Source: Candidatus Hydrogenedentota bacterium
GTDB lineage: Bacteria > Hydrogenedentota > Hydrogenedentia > Hydrogenedentales > SLHB01
Assembly (NCBI GenBank): GCA_963745075.1
Contig: CAVUWV010000008.1
Coordinates: 448,001-512,000 of the forward strand
Reading direction: 5' to 3'
DNA: 64,000 bases
The notes under the pieces were generated by a model, which worked only from the letters and a program-made list of their open reading frames with translations, did no database searches and was not told where the DNA came from. A program made the position numbers and the translations under genes. Below are positions 49,006 to 60,362 of the stretch, in pieces; position 1 is the first letter of the stretch, and each line of letters begins with the position of its first letter.

Positions 49006-50815
49006 ATGGCTGAATCCATTCTCATCGGTCTTGCGGGGATTGTCGTATTGGGGATCGCCGCGGAGTGGCTGGCGTGGCGCATTCACCTGCCAACGATCTT
49101 CGTCTTGCTGGTTTTCGGCGTGCTGGTGGGACCTGTCACGGGGTATCTCGATCCCGACCGGATGTTCGGAGACCTGCTCATGCCGTTGGTCTCCCTGTGC
49201 GTGGCCGTGATCCTCTTTGAAGGCGGCTTGACGCTGCGGCTCCGCGAACTGCGCGCGGTAGGCGGCGTAGTGTGGCTGCTAATCACGCTGGGCGTTCTGA
49301 TTACCTGGGTGCTCGCGGCGGTCGCGGCATGGTTTTGTCTCGGGTTCGATGTTCGCTTGGCGGCGCTGCTCGGGGCCATCCTGGTGGTGACGGGGCCGAC
49401 GGTCGTCATGCCGTTGCTGGCGCACGTGCGGCCGCGGGGACGGGTTGCGTCGATTCTGAAGTGGGAAGGGATTACGGTCGATCCGGTGGGCGCGACGCTG
49501 GCCGTGCTGGTGTTCGAGGCGCTCATGGAGCATCCCGGGGGCGGCGCCACACAAGTATTCGTACTCGGCGTGGTGCGGACGTTGGCCATCGGATTTGTAC
49601 TCGGGGGGGGCGGTGTCGTCTTTCTCGTGGTCGTCCTGCGCAAGCAGTGGATTCCAGAACACCTACACAGTCCGATTGCGCTAGCGGTGGTGCTGGGGGC
49701 CTTTGCGCTCTCGAACGTCATTCAGCACGAGTCGGGATTGTTGACCGTGACCGTGTTGGGTGCGCTGTTGGCCAATCAGCGGTACGTGGACATCCGGCAC
49801 GTCATCGAGTTCAAGGAAAACTTGCGGGTGCTGTTGCTCTCCAGTTTGTTCATCATTCTGGCAGCGCGGCTCGACGTCGATCGGATTACGGGTCTTGGCA
49901 TGGGGAGTCTTTGGTTCCTCCTTGCGCTGATCGTCATCGTGCGTCCGGTTACCGTACTCGCTTGCACGATCGGGTCGAGTCTCGGTTGGCGCGAACGGGC
50001 GTTTCTGGCCTATCTGGCGCCGCGCGGCGTCGTGGCCGCGGCCGTGACGTTCGGTCTTCGCGCTGCGACTGGCGGAGGACGGCATCGCACAAGCCGAAGA
50101 TATGGTGCCGATCGCATTCTTCGTTATCGCGGGGCTGGTGGCGTTATACGCGGTGACCGCCCGGCCGGTGGCGTGGTTGCTGGGCCTAGCCTTGCCGGAT
50201 CCGAACGGGATCGTCATCGTCGGCGCACACCGGCTGGGGCGCGCGATCGGTATGGCGCTGAAAACCGAAGGTCTTCCCGTTCTTGTTATCGACCGCAACT
50301 GGGGCAACATCAGTGCCGCGCGCATGGAAGGCCTCGGGGCGTACCATGGCGACGTGCTTTCGGAGCACGCGTTGCACGAAACCGACTTGTCGGAGATGGG
50401 AAAGTTGTTCGCCATGACCGCCAACGACGAAGTCAACTCGCTTGCGGCGATCCACTTCAGTGAACGATTCGGAAAAGCCGGCGTGTATCAATTGGCGGTC
50501 GAGGGATCGGACGCGGAGGACGAAGGCAGCAAAGCGCCGGCGCCGTATCTGCGCGGACAGATCCTCTTCGGCCGCGAACTGGGCTATGACGAACTGACAC
50601 GGCGACTCGTCGAGGGCGCGACGATCAAAGCGACAAAGCTTAGCGAGAAATTCACGTACGAGTCGTTTCGGGAGAAGTACGGCGACACCGCGACGCCGTT
50701 GTTCGTGATGAACAACAAGGGCGCGTTGCGCATCATCACGGCCGGCGCAGATATCAGCCCCGAGCCCGGCGACAAGATCGTCGCGCTCGCCGATCGCGAA
50801 CCGGAGACCGCATGA
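49006..50815 (+). CDS. CPA1 cation:proton antiporter with C-terminal NAD-binding (TrkA-N) domain, one extra base at ~50050
   Basis: VILFEGGL, VTGPTV, KWEGITVDP, APRGVVAAAVT then SVFALRL...MVPI in shifted frame (extra T in ACGTTCGG). Confidence 0.88.
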
Positions 50816-51963
50816 ACGTAACGGTACCGATCACGGCGGTGGCCCACGGCGGCCACGGCATCGCGCGCGTCGACGGGCAAGTGTGTTTCGTGCCGTACGC
50901 GCTTCCCGGCGATGAAGTGGCCGTACGCATCGTCCGCCGTTCAAAAGGGGTGTTGTGGGGCGCCATCGAATCGATCGTGACGCCATCGCCCGATCGGATC
51001 GATTCCGGTTGCTCCGTGTACGGGCAGTGCGGGGCGTGTACCTGGCTCCATTTCGCGTACCCGGCGCAAGCAGAATGGAAGACACGCATCGTGCGGGACT
51101 GTTTTGCGCGGATTGCGCGCGTCGACGCGGATGTGGCGTGGGCGGACGATCCGAATCATCGGCTGCACTACCGGACGCGGGCGGAGTTCCACGGCGACGG
51201 TAAGGGTTTCGGATTTTACGCGGGCGGAACGCATGACGTAGTGGACGTGGTGACCTGCCCCTTGTGTCATCCGCTCCTCAACCGCGCGTTGGCGTCCTTG
51301 CGCGAACAGCGCATCCGGGGTTGTGTCGAAGTCACGGTGAACCCCGAGGGCAGCGACGTGCTGGTGTGGTCGCGGAAACGATATGCGCCCGTTGAACGGG
51401 CGTTTCCCCAAGCGCAGTGGCACGGTCACGAAAGTCCGCGGACGTCCTTTGTCTTCGACGGCGCAGCGGTGGTCAACGGCGCGTTTTCCCAATCCAGTCT
51501 GTTGCTGAACCGCGTGTTGGTGCGTATCGTCCATGCCGCCCTTGGCGATGCTGAGAAGGTACTGGACCTGTACTGCGGCAACGGGAATCTGTCCTTGGGA
51601 CTCGCCGATTCGCGAGCCGTGACGGGTCTTGACCACAGCCGCGCGGCGGTGGAAGCGGCGCAGGCAGCGGGGCGCGGAACGTATCGAATCGGCAGCGAAG
51701 AGGATTTCCGTGCGGCGATAGGTGAGGAATCGTGGGACGTGATCCTACTCGATCCCCCGCGCACCGGCGCCAAATCGATTGCAGCGGCACTGGCATCCTG
51801 CGCGGCGAAGCGAGTTGTCTACGTATCGTGCGATCCGGCGACGTTGGCGCGGGATGTGAAGGTGCTGCGCGAGGGAGGATGGCAGGTGAAATCCGCAACC
51901 GCAGTCGATCTGTTTCCCAACACCTTTCATGTGGAAACGGTTTGCGTGCTGGATCGCGGATAA
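50812..51963 (+). CDS. TRAM-domain m5U RNA methyltransferase (RlmD/TrmA family)
   Basis: CSVYGQCGAC Fe-S motif, FSQ, LDLYCGNG, LDPPRTG, YVSCDPATLARD, DLFPNTFHVE. Confidence 0.92.
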   Translation: MNVTVPITAVAHGGHGIARVDGQVCFVPYALPGDEVAVRIVRRSKGVLWGAIESIVTPSPDRIDSGCSVYGQCGACTWLHFAYPAQAEWKTRIVRDCFARIARVDADVAWADDPNHRLHYRTRAEFHGDGKGFGFYAGGTHDVVDVVTCPLCHPLLNRALASLREQRIRGCVEVTVNPEGSDVLVWSRKRYAPVERAFPQAQWHGHESPRTSFVFDGAAVVNGAFSQSSLLLNRVLVRIVHAALGDAEKVLDLYCGNGNLSLGLADSRAVTGLDHSRAAVEAAQAAGRGTYRIGSEEDFRAAIGEESWDVILLDPPRTGAKSIAAALASCAAKRVVYVSCDPATLARDVKVLREGGWQVKSATAVDLFPNTFHVETVCVLDRG

Positions 51964-52016
51964 ACGAGGTGCCGCACGAATCGATTTTGAACGACCCCGG
52001 GCGTTGTCGCGGTGAA

Positions 52017-53714
52017 TCAGGCGCCCCAGCCGACGATCCAATACACCGACCCGATCAGTAGTCCTACCAGTCCCCAAATCACAACAAATCCACCCATTCC
52101 CACCAGACTCGGCATCGGGATTTCCCAATCCGGATGATTGAAAAGTTTCCGAGGCGGCGGCGCTTCAACGCCGGGCGGCAGGCTGAACGGTTCCTGGTGG
52201 GGTTCGTTCGGCTGAATGGGCGTGCGCAAACAGGCGTAGACGCGATCCAATTTGTGGTCCGGAACGCGTTTGGTGAAAAGACTAACCAAAATGCACGTGG
52301 CAAACCCCGCCGAGAGGAACGTGAACATCTGCCAGGACACGCGGAATTTGTCGTCCCAGATCATCATCTCGGGAAGGTGGTTCACTGCAACGGAGTGGAA
52401 GGCCGCCGTGTCGGTAATAATCGTTAGCGCTAGGGCAACCAGGGTGCCCGCCCATGCGCCAGCGACCGTCGTGCGGCGCCAGAACAGGCCCAGCCAGAAT
52501 GCAGCGCCCATGACTGCCTGCACGCGGAAGAACCACTCGAGGGCAACAGGAACGCTGCTGAACGCAAAGGAGAAGGCGATGCTGCACACCACGATGAAAA
52601 AGGCGGTCACCCGCCCCACGTTCACGTAGTGGCCTTCGCTGCGTCCCCGTGCAATGAAACGCCGGTAGAAGTTCTGGGTGAAAAGTCCGGAAGACGAGAC
52701 CATGAAGGCGTCGCAGGAGGACATGATTGAAGCCAGCAACGCGGCCAAGAAGAGCCCAACGAGACCGGGCAGAACCTGCGGAAGCATCTCGCGCGCCATC
52801 GTACCGTAGATGAGATCGGGATCGACATGCTCGCGTCCGGCAAAGTAAACAACCCCGCAGAGGCCGGTCAGCATCCATGCAATGGTGCAGACCCGCTTGA
52901 GCAAATTGCCGCCGGCGAAGCCGACGCGACCGTCCATCTCGTTCCGTCCACCGGCACAAACTCCCATGATGTGCGGCTGCGTCACGATTCCGATCAACGC
53001 GCTGGCCGCGAACATGGTGATGTGAAACCCATCGATTTCGCCCGGCGCAACCAGGCTGAACATGTGTTTGTTCGCGATTTGTTCGTGAACTCCAACCATT
53101 CCGCCCACGGCTTTCCAGGCGAAAGGCAATATAATGAATGACAGGATGATGGTCAGAATGCCCTGGATGAAGTCCGTTACGATGGCCGCAGCCAGCCCGC
53201 CAGCGATCCCATAGATGACGAACAAGACCGTCATCACCAGGATGGCCACGTTGGCGTTGATTTCGCCCCCGGACACGGCTGCGATGGTCGCTCCGGCGCC
53301 TTTCAACAGTACGCCAATGTTTACGGTTAATTGCAGCACGCCGACGACCGCGTAGAGCCCCGCGACGCTGGAGTCGTACCGGTATTCGAAGAAGTCGCCT
53401 GTCGTGATGGCGCGCATGCGGCGGAAAACCGGCGCAATCAGCCAGTAGAAAGGGGTCGCAAAGAGCCAGAGGAACTGGTACCAGATTCCGGAGACTCCGT
53501 TCGTATAGGTCTTCGACGATACGCCGACGGCGTCGTTCCCGCTTGTGCCGGAGCCGAAGGAGAAGAAGATCATGAAAGGTTTGTTGAAACTGCGGCCTCC
53601 CATGAAGAAGTCGGCGGAATCGTGGATGCGGCGAACCGTCCACACGCCAATTGCCGTGATGCCGATCAGGTACGTCCCCAGCGCCACCCAGTCCCAAAAT
53701 CCGATGCCAAGCAT
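52017..53714 (-). CDS. Sodium:solute symporter family protein
   Basis: DFFMGGR, GGLAAAIVTDFIQG, LASIMSS; many TMs. Confidence 0.9.
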   Translation of the reverse strand: MLGIGFWDWVALGTYLIGITAIGVWTVRRIHDSADFFMGGRSFNKPFMIFFSFGSGTSGNDAVGVSSKTYTNGVSGIWYQFLWLFATPFYWLIAPVFRRMRAITTGDFFEYRYDSSVAGLYAVVGVLQLTVNIGVLLKGAGATIAAVSGGEINANVAILVMTVLFVIYGIAGGLAAAIVTDFIQGILTIILSFIILPFAWKAVGGMVGVHEQIANKHMFSLVAPGEIDGFHITMFAASALIGIVTQPHIMGVCAGGRNEMDGRVGFAGGNLLKRVCTIAWMLTGLCGVVYFAGREHVDPDLIYGTMAREMLPQVLPGLVGLFLAALLASIMSSCDAFMVSSSGLFTQNFYRRFIARGRSEGHYVNVGRVTAFFIVVCSIAFSFAFSSVPVALEWFFRVQAVMGAAFWLGLFWRRTTVAGAWAGTLVALALTIITDTAAFHSVAVNHLPEMMIWDDKFRVSWQMFTFLSAGFATCILVSLFTKRVPDHKLDRVYACLRTPIQPNEPHQEPFSLPPGVEAPPPRKLFNHPDWEIPMPSLVGMGGFVVIWGLVGLLIGSVYWIVGWGA

Positions 53715-53831
53715 GGAAATAGATCCCTCTTTCTTGTCAAAAAACCTCGATTTTTAGCCCCGACACCCCACGGAGCCGAGCGGAGCGTACGTGACTGTAC
53801 GCGTGTGATTTACAGCGACAACGGTCGCGTA

Positions 53832-54404
53832 TTAAAAGGTGTAGCCTACCGCCAACCCCAAGCTGTTGGCCCCGGCGTTATCGTCGGACAGACCCCCGTT
53901 CGAGACGTGCTGGAACTGGAGCGCGACATGCCAGTCGGTCTGCGGGAATTGGTATCCCACGCCGGCTTCCAGCAGGAAATCCATGGTCGCCGAGTTGCCC
54001 TCAATGTGATTCGTATGAAATATGATGCCGGCTCCGCCCTCGGCATAGAGCCCGTCTCGATCGTCCGCATTCCGGTAGTACCGCGTCACGAATCCGATTC
54101 CACCACCCTGGATCGTCTCGCTCGGGTCGTCCTGAATGTAACTGAACAGGGGATACGCGCGCAGACCCAGCGTGCCGCGCGCGAAGATCGGCCATTCATA
54201 CTCGACGTTACCGGTGACGAGCACGTCATTGGTGCGGTCGCGCCGCCCGGAATGGACACCGGTACCCGCGCCGAACTCGACCCGCCACCGTCCTTCCGCA
54301 AAGCCGCGCGTAATCGGGTTGTCGGCATGCGCTTCGGGGGCCATGAAACAGACGCCCAACGGAATAGCCATTGCAACGATCAGGCTTGAAACCAAGGTTC
54401 TCAT
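53832..54404 (-). CDS. Outer-membrane beta-barrel, PagL-like lipid A deacylase/acyloxyacyl hydrolase
   Basis: Signal peptide, YAEGGAG, FQHVSNGGL..NAGAN motif, C-terminal YTF. Confidence 0.8.
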   Translation of the reverse strand: MRTLVSSLIVAMAIPLGVCFMAPEAHADNPITRGFAEGRWRVEFGAGTGVHSGRRDRTNDVLVTGNVEYEWPIFARGTLGLRAYPLFSYIQDDPSETIQGGGIGFVTRYYRNADDRDGLYAEGGAGIIFHTNHIEGNSATMDFLLEAGVGYQFPQTDWHVALQFQHVSNGGLSDDNAGANSLGLAVGYTF

Positions 54405-54771
54405 CTTTACTTCGACCTCTGTTCTGTGTCCCGTGCATGGCCGTGTTGCCCATCATCGGCACGTGGCGTGATAATAGTGATCCCTTCCAAAACTGTCAAC
54501 TTCCCCCAGCTTCGAGTTGAAATCGTGGAGTTTTCGGCTTGCCGCGTTGAGCCAACAGGACTTCGGACGCGGCCTTCTCGCAGTATCAGCGGGACTCAGG
54601 ACCTGGGGAAAGATTGGACGAGGCACCCCAAATTATGCGAAAATAGAGCACTTGGTGGGATGCTCCAGGTTCGGTCTGCCGTAGGATGAGTGAAGCACGT
54701 TACCGACTGTCTGGGGGCGAAAAGCATGCCGCCATCCCGGTAGTTGGTGTATCTGCAGCGGGAGACGAATT

Positions 54772-56388
54772 GTGCCTGACGCCTATCTGACACGCCTTGG
54801 AATCACGGAATGGATGGAATTGTACCGCAATCCGTCTTACGATGAATTATATGCCCACGAACTCGATTCGGAGTTGGACGGGCTCGAGCGAGGCGTGCTC
54901 ACCAAGTTTGGCGCGGTGGCGGTCGATACCGGCCGGTTCACGGGCCGCTCTCCCCAGGATAAATACGTCGTTGAGGAAGATGCGTCGAAAGACGAGATCT
55001 GGTGGGCGGGCTCGGACAGCCCCGGCTCCAACAACAAACGATTAAGCGGCGAAGCCTGGAATCATCTCAAGGACTTAGCCCTGAAACAGTTAAACGGGAA
55101 GAGTCTGTACGTGGTCGATGGGTTCTGCGGAGCCAATCCGGACACGCGGATGAGTGTGCGAATTGTGGCCGAGGTCGCGTGGCAGGCCCATTTCTGCAAG
55201 AACATGTTCATTCGCCCCACGGAAAATGAACTGCGGGATTTCAAACCGGACTGGACCATCCTGAACGCATCCAAGACGAGCTGCCCGGACTTTGCGAAGT
55301 ATGGTATGCGCTCCGAAGTGTTTGCGGCGTTCAACATCAAGGAACGCATGGCGGTAATCGGCGGCACCTGGTACGGCGGGGAGATGAAGAAGGGCATCTT
55401 CACCATCATGAATTATTTTCTGCCTCGCCAAGGGATTGGGGCCTTTCACTGTTCCGCGAACATGGGTAAAGACGGCGATACGGCGCTCTTCTTCGGCCTG
55501 TCGGGCACCGGCAAGACGACTTTGTCCACCGATCCCCACCGTTTGTTGATTGGCGACGATGAACACGGCTGGGACGACGACGGGATCTTCAACTTCGAAG
55601 GGGGCTGTTACGCCAAGACCATCGACCTGACGGAAGAAAACGAGCCGGACATCTACCAGGCGATCCGGCGGGACGCCCTGCTGGAGAACGTGACAATCAA
55701 CGGTTCGGGAACGGTGGACTTTCACGACACGTCCAAGACCCAGAACGGCCGGGTGTCCTACCCCTTGTACCACATTGAGAACATCGTCAAGCCCGTGTCC
55801 AAAGGCGGTCATCCCAGCAAGATCATATTCCTGGCCTGCGACGCCTTCGGGGTGTTGCCGCCCGTGGCTCGGTTGACGCTGGAACAGGCGATGTACCAAT
55901 ACCTTAGCGGCTACACGGCCAAGGTGGCAGGCACCGAACTCGGGATCACCGAGCCGCAAGCAACCTTCTCGGCTTGTTACGGTGCGGCGTTTCTGGCAGT
56001 TCATCCCACCGTCTACGCACATATTCTCGGCCGGAAAATGGCGGAGCACGGCTCCGAGGCATACCTCGTGAATACGGGGTGGACCGGAGGCAAGTACGGT
56101 GTCGGCCATCGGATGCCCCTTCGCGACACGCGCCGCATCGTGGACGCAATCCTCGATGGGAGTCTGTCGCAGGCCGCGTACGAGACGGCGCCGATTTTCG
56201 GGCTCGCGATACCGAAGCAATTGCACGACGTGGACCCGACCGTCCTGAATCCCCGCAACACGTGGAAGGACCCGGCGGCGTACGACGCGACCCTGAGGAA
56301 GCTGGCGGAAATGTTCATCAAGAACTTCAAATACTTCACGGACACGGAAGAGGGCAAACAGCTCGAGCAGGCGGGACCGCATTTGTGA
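54772..56388 (+). CDS. pckA: Phosphoenolpyruvate carboxykinase (ATP)
   Basis: [43 protein letters not shown]. Confidence 0.97.
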   Translation: MPDAYLTRLGITEWMELYRNPSYDELYAHELDSELDGLERGVLTKFGAVAVDTGRFTGRSPQDKYVVEEDASKDEIWWAGSDSPGSNNKRLSGEAWNHLKDLALKQLNGKSLYVVDGFCGANPDTRMSVRIVAEVAWQAHFCKNMFIRPTENELRDFKPDWTILNASKTSCPDFAKYGMRSEVFAAFNIKERMAVIGGTWYGGEMKKGIFTIMNYFLPRQGIGAFHCSANMGKDGDTALFFGLSGTGKTTLSTDPHRLLIGDDEHGWDDDGIFNFEGGCYAKTIDLTEENEPDIYQAIRRDALLENVTINGSGTVDFHDTSKTQNGRVSYPLYHIENIVKPVSKGGHPSKIIFLACDAFGVLPPVARLTLEQAMYQYLSGYTAKVAGTELGITEPQATFSACYGAAFLAVHPTVYAHILGRKMAEHGSEAYLVNTGWTGGKYGVGHRMPLRDTRRIVDAILDGSLSQAAYETAPIFGLAIPKQLHDVDPTVLNPRNTWKDPAAYDATLRKLAEMFIKNFKYFTDTEEGKQLEQAGPHL

Positions 56389-56420
56389 TCGCTGGGGTCG
56401 TTGATCTAAGAATAATGCGG

Positions 56421-56451
56421 TTGACACATATCGGGACTTTGGGTGTATAGT
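56421..56451 (+). promoter_or_regulatory. Possible sigma70 promoter (TTGACA-N19-TATAGT) upstream of the small-ORF cluster
   Basis: Perfect -35 at 56421 and near-consensus -10 at 56446; 19-bp spacer is non-optimal. Confidence 0.35.
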
Positions 56452-56683
56452 AATGGGACTCAGGGACGTGTGGGCTCTGTCCTTCTTTCACAATGTCTCT
56501 GGATTTCAAGGGGTTGGTGCAGCAGGACCGGAGCCGATCAAGTCTGGATTACGTCGACTTGGACAGATGAAACGGTTGACGAGTATCGGGCGCGTGAAAA
56601 CGTTTTTTATGCATACCATCTATCTCCGGCAAGGTACCGGTGAACGCCGTGCAGGTTGATGAGGGCTTAACAAGGAGAATTGT

Positions 56684-56905
56684 ATGAAGCATCATAGATG
56701 TATAAGCCGCAGACCTGCGGTCGCAACCAGCGCACTTGGAGCTAAGCTGGAGTTCAAAGCCAGCCTTTCGGATTCGGTTGCAACGGGCGCGGCAACGCTG
56801 ATACAAAGCTTCACGTCCATGGTTACGACGCTATTGCTGAATGCGTTTACCTGGAACGTGAGTACCGTGGCCACGGTATATCCCGGTGTGCGGCTCGAAG
56901 CGTGA
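56684..56905 (+). CDS. Small protein (73 aa) with basic leader-like motif ISRRPAVA
   Basis: AAGGAG RBS; shares N-terminal motif with the next ORF. Confidence 0.65.
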   Translation: MKHHRCISRRPAVATSALGAKLEFKASLSDSVATGAATLIQSFTSMVTTLLLNAFTWNVSTVATVYPGVRLEA

Positions 56906-56944
56906 GTGGTTCGCATAAAGAGTCATAACGAAAGGAATTAATTG

Positions 56945-57211
56945 ATGCGAGGAAAAGCACCTCATACTAGGTCGGTGACTCGAAAGCCGAGCGTGGCGAG
57001 CACGGCGTTACAACTGAAGTTAGACAATTTCATTATTTACTTCGATAATGCCGTCAATCTACTCGATGCGTTTCTGGTTCAGGGTGGCGCCACGATGGCG
57101 ACTTTCGTGGGCGATCTCGCCTCGGCGCTACCGTACAAGAACGGTACCGGCGGCAGTAGTCAAGGCGGTACGGGCACCGGCGGTACGGGCGGTACGGGCA
57201 TCGGCTTGTAA
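56945..57211 (+). CDS. Small protein (88 aa) with motif VTRKPSVA and Gly/Thr-rich tail
   Basis: AAAGGA RBS; N-terminus paralogous to 56684-56905; GGTGTGGTGGTG tail. Confidence 0.65.
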   Translation: MRGKAPHTRSVTRKPSVASTALQLKLDNFIIYFDNAVNLLDAFLVQGGATMATFVGDLASALPYKNGTGGSSQGGTGTGGTGGTGIGL

Positions 57212-57367
57212 GTTTTTTATGCGGCGCCTGTGATTGAGTACCGGATCGCTTGGTAACGAACGAGCGTTTCAGTAGCAGGTGGTGCCGGCGAAGTAAAGCT
57301 GCCTGGTCGTCGCTGACGTTTGGGCTGAGCGTGGGATGATTGAACTGAACGGCGAAGGAGTCGATAA

Positions 57368-57499
57368 ATGGGATTATCTTGTTCGTTGTGTTCTACACTG
57401 TTCCTGGGATTCAGCGGAGCCAATTTGGGGCAGTATGCCTTCGGCGTTTTGTTGCCGGGATGGTGGCAGGCGATCCAAAGTTACATGATGTTCGTGTAA
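57368..57499 (+). CDS. Unlisted 43-aa hydrophobic peptide MGLSCSLCSTLFLGFSGANLGQYAFGVLLPGWWQAIQSYMMFV
   Basis: Read manually: AAGGAG 7 nt before ATG 57368, TAA at 57497-57499; absent from the supplied ORF track. Confidence 0.5.
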   Translation: MGLSCSLCSTLFLGFSGANLGQYAFGVLLPGWWQAIQSYMMFV

Positions 57500-57595
57500 C
57501 GGCCCCAAGACAATTCGCACTTATTGCGAGCGGACATGTGCCGAAATGGCGCTGTCCGCTCGCGTTGTTATTTCGGGGGAGTCTACGTGAAACGC

Positions 57596-58432
57596 TCAGA
57601 TCCTCGGGCGCCCGACATCGGCGAGGACGATGCGTAGCTGATCGCAGCTTTCGAATCGCTCGGCGGGGTTCTTGGCGATCATCTTCATGATGATGTCGCC
57701 CAGGGCGTGAGGGCATTTCCGGTTGACGAGCGTCGGGTGGACGGGATCGGTGTTGACGTGACAGTAGTAGAGCTTCTGCAGGCTGTCCACCTCGAAGGGG
57801 ACTTTGCCCGCGAACATGAGGTAGAGCGTGATTCCGAGGGAGTAGATATCGCTCTTGCTGGTGGCCTTTTCGCGCTTGATGATTTCGGGGGATACGTACA
57901 TGGGGGTGATCTGCTCAGCCAAGCCGGAATCGAACAAGGAAAAGAATTTTTCCCGGCACAGGGAGTAATCGGACAGCTTGGCCATGCCCTTGCGGGTGAA
58001 CAGGATATTGGCCGGTTTCAGGTCGTGGTGTGTGAACCCCTGATCGTGGATGTACTGGAGACCGTTGCAGATTTGCGCGATGATGACGAGGCGTTCCTGA
58101 AGGTTCCAGGGGCGGTTTTCGATGTACCAGCGCAGGTCCGGACCGTCCACGAACTCCATCGTCATGCAGAGCCCTTCCTCGCCATCGATGAAGTCAAAGA
58201 CCTGCATGACATTGTGGTGTTTGAATTCTTTGAAGCGTTCGACACTTTTGGCGAAATCCCGGACCTGTCCCCGATTCTTGAAGAAATTTGCATGAAAGAG
58301 TTTAACTGCGACGACTTCGCCCTTCTGGGTGTCAATACCGCGATAGACCGTGCCGGTGCCGCCTCGGCCCAGAAGCAGGTCGAGTTTGAAGTGATAGAGC
58401 TTTAGTCGGTCCGGCAACTCCTGCTTGCGCAC
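57596..58432 (-). CDS. Cytoplasmic Hanks-type Ser/Thr protein kinase
   Basis: LGRGGTGTVY, VAVK, HHDLKPAN, LSDYSL, TPMYVSPE, SDIYSLG. Confidence 0.92.
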   Translation of the reverse strand: MRKQELPDRLKLYHFKLDLLLGRGGTGTVYRGIDTQKGEVVAVKLFHANFFKNRGQVRDFAKSVERFKEFKHHNVMQVFDFIDGEEGLCMTMEFVDGPDLRWYIENRPWNLQERLVIIAQICNGLQYIHDQGFTHHDLKPANILFTRKGMAKLSDYSLCREKFFSLFDSGLAEQITPMYVSPEIIKREKATSKSDIYSLGITLYLMFAGKVPFEVDSLQKLYYCHVNTDPVHPTLVNRKCPHALGDIIMKMIAKNPAERFESCDQLRIVLADVGRPRI

Positions 58433-58435
58433 TGC

Positions 58436-58867
58436 TTACCCTCCACCGCGTTTCGCGGAAGACTTCCCTGCCTTGTGGGTACCGGCCAGTGCCAGATCGA
58501 GCCGGGGCGCGTCGCCCCAGAGGCCGTCAAGATCGTAGAATTCGCGCGCCTCTTTGCGGAAGATATGGACGATGATGGACCCATAATCGAGCACCACCCA
58601 GCCGCTCGTGTACGCGCCTTCCGCGTGGAGCGTGTTGACGCCGATTTCGCGCATCCCCTGTTTTACGGTGGAAAACACGGCCTTCACGTGTGGCTCGCTG
58701 TTCGCGGTGCAGACGATGAAGGCGTCGGCGAGGACCGTCAGCTCGCGCACGTCGTAGGCTCGAATGTCTTCCGCCTTGTGTTCGTCCATGAGGGCGGCGA
58801 TGCGGCGGGCATTAGGAATGAAATCGGGTTCGTTGGCGGCGGTGCGTTTCTTTACAAGCTGTGGCAA
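58436..58867 (-). CDS. rsfS: Ribosome silencing factor
   Basis: KAEDIRAYDV, ADAFIVCTA, WVVLDYGSIIVHIF..REFYDLDGLW. Confidence 0.93.
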   Translation of the reverse strand: MPQLVKKRTAANEPDFIPNARRIAALMDEHKAEDIRAYDVRELTVLADAFIVCTANSEPHVKAVFSTVKQGMREIGVNTLHAEGAYTSGWVVLDYGSIIVHIFRKEAREFYDLDGLWGDAPRLDLALAGTHKAGKSSAKRGGG

Positions 58868-58896
58868 AGTGGGTTGCGTCTCCTAAACCGTTTGGC

Positions 58897-60333
58897 CTAT
58901 TCGCTCTTGGCCAATGCTTTTCGAATGATTTCGTTCGCCATCTTGGGATTGGCCTTGCCCTTGGTCGCCTTCATCATCTGGCCGACCAGGAAGCCCAGGG
59001 CTTTCTCCTTACCGCTGCGGAAATCGGCGGCGGGCCCGGGATTGGCCTCGATAATCTCGCGGGCAACAGCCTCCAACTCACCGCTGTCGCTGATTTGCAC
59101 CAGCCCCTTTTGTTCAACGAGCGTCTTGGGCGCCTTGCCCGATTCCAGCATTTCCGGCAGCAGATCTTTGGCGATCTTACCACTGATTGTACCATCTTCG
59201 ATGAGTGCGATCATGGCGGCGAGGTTTTCGGCCGTCACGGGGCAGTTCGCGATATCGATGCGCCCTTCAGTCAGAAGGGCCTGCAAATCACCCATAATCC
59301 AATTGGCGGCCAGTTTGGCAGGCGCGCCTGCCTTCACAACAGCTTCGAAGTAATCGGCCATCGCTCTTTCGGCTGTCAGCACACCGGCGTCGAATTCGGA
59401 GAGCTGGTATTCCGAGCCGAACCGTTCGCGGCGCGCCTGGGGCTGTTCCGGCAAAGAGGCGCGAATTTGGCTCTCCCACGTCTCATCCACGACGAGGGGC
59501 ACGAGGTCCGGTTCCGGGAAGTAGCGGTAGTCGTGGGCGGATTCCTTGGCGCGTTGCGAGAAGGTGATGCCGCGGTCGGCGTCCCAGCCGCGGGTTTCTT
59601 GGGTGATGGCGCCGCCCTCGTCGAGAACCTGCTGATGGCGGGCGATCTCGAAATCGATGGCTTTGTGGATGCCGCTGAAGGAGGCCACGTTCTTTACTTC
59701 GGTCTTCGTGCCGAACTCGCTCGCGCCCTCCGGCCGAATGCTGATGTTGGCCTCGGCCCGGAGCGAGCCTTCTTCCATGTTGCAGTCGCTGACTTCGAGA
59801 TACCGGAGGATCTGCTTGAGGTTGGTCAGATACGCGAACGCTTCATCGGCGCTGCGGATGTCCGGTTCCGTGACGATTTCCAGCAGCGGCACGCCGCAGC
59901 GGTTGAAGTCCACGCCGCTGTCGCCGCCACCGATGGTGTGGGTGTTGCGGGCGGTGTCCTCTTCGAGATGGGCGCGCGTAATACCGATGCGTTTAGCGGA
60001 ACCGTTTACGTCAATTTCCAGATAGCCGTTCGCACATAGGGGCAGATCGTACTGGCTGATTTGGTAGTTCTTCGCGAGGTCGGGATAAAAGTAGTTCTTA
60101 CGATCCATCTTCGACCAGCGCGAGATCGTGCAGTTCAGCGCGAGACCCACGGCGACCGACAGTTCGACGGCGCGTTTGTTGATGACGGGCAGCACGCCGG
60201 GCATGCCCAGGCACACGGGGCAGACGTTCGTATTGGCCGGCGCGTGGAAATTCGTGCTGCATCCGCAGAACACCTTCGAAAGCGTGCTCAGCTCGACGTG
60301 AACTTCCATCCCTATGACCGCTTCGTACTTCAT
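58897..60333 (-). CDS. gatB: Asp-tRNA(Asn)/Glu-tRNA(Gln) amidotransferase subunit B
   Basis: [33 protein letters not shown]. Confidence 0.98.
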   Translation of the reverse strand: MKYEAVIGMEVHVELSTLSKVFCGCSTNFHAPANTNVCPVCLGMPGVLPVINKRAVELSVAVGLALNCTISRWSKMDRKNYFYPDLAKNYQISQYDLPLCANGYLEIDVNGSAKRIGITRAHLEEDTARNTHTIGGGDSGVDFNRCGVPLLEIVTEPDIRSADEAFAYLTNLKQILRYLEVSDCNMEEGSLRAEANISIRPEGASEFGTKTEVKNVASFSGIHKAIDFEIARHQQVLDEGGAITQETRGWDADRGITFSQRAKESAHDYRYFPEPDLVPLVVDETWESQIRASLPEQPQARRERFGSEYQLSEFDAGVLTAERAMADYFEAVVKAGAPAKLAANWIMGDLQALLTEGRIDIANCPVTAENLAAMIALIEDGTISGKIAKDLLPEMLESGKAPKTLVEQKGLVQISDSGELEAVAREIIEANPGPAADFRSGKEKALGFLVGQMMKATKGKANPKMANEIIRKALAKSE

Positions 60334-60362
60334 GCTTGTTCCTTACGCTTCCTCAACCACGG

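Noticed and set aside
56389..56683. ncRNA or riboswitch upstream of the small ORFs
   Set aside because: Long leader, but no conserved RNA motif recognisable by eye; an Infernal/Rfam search is needed.
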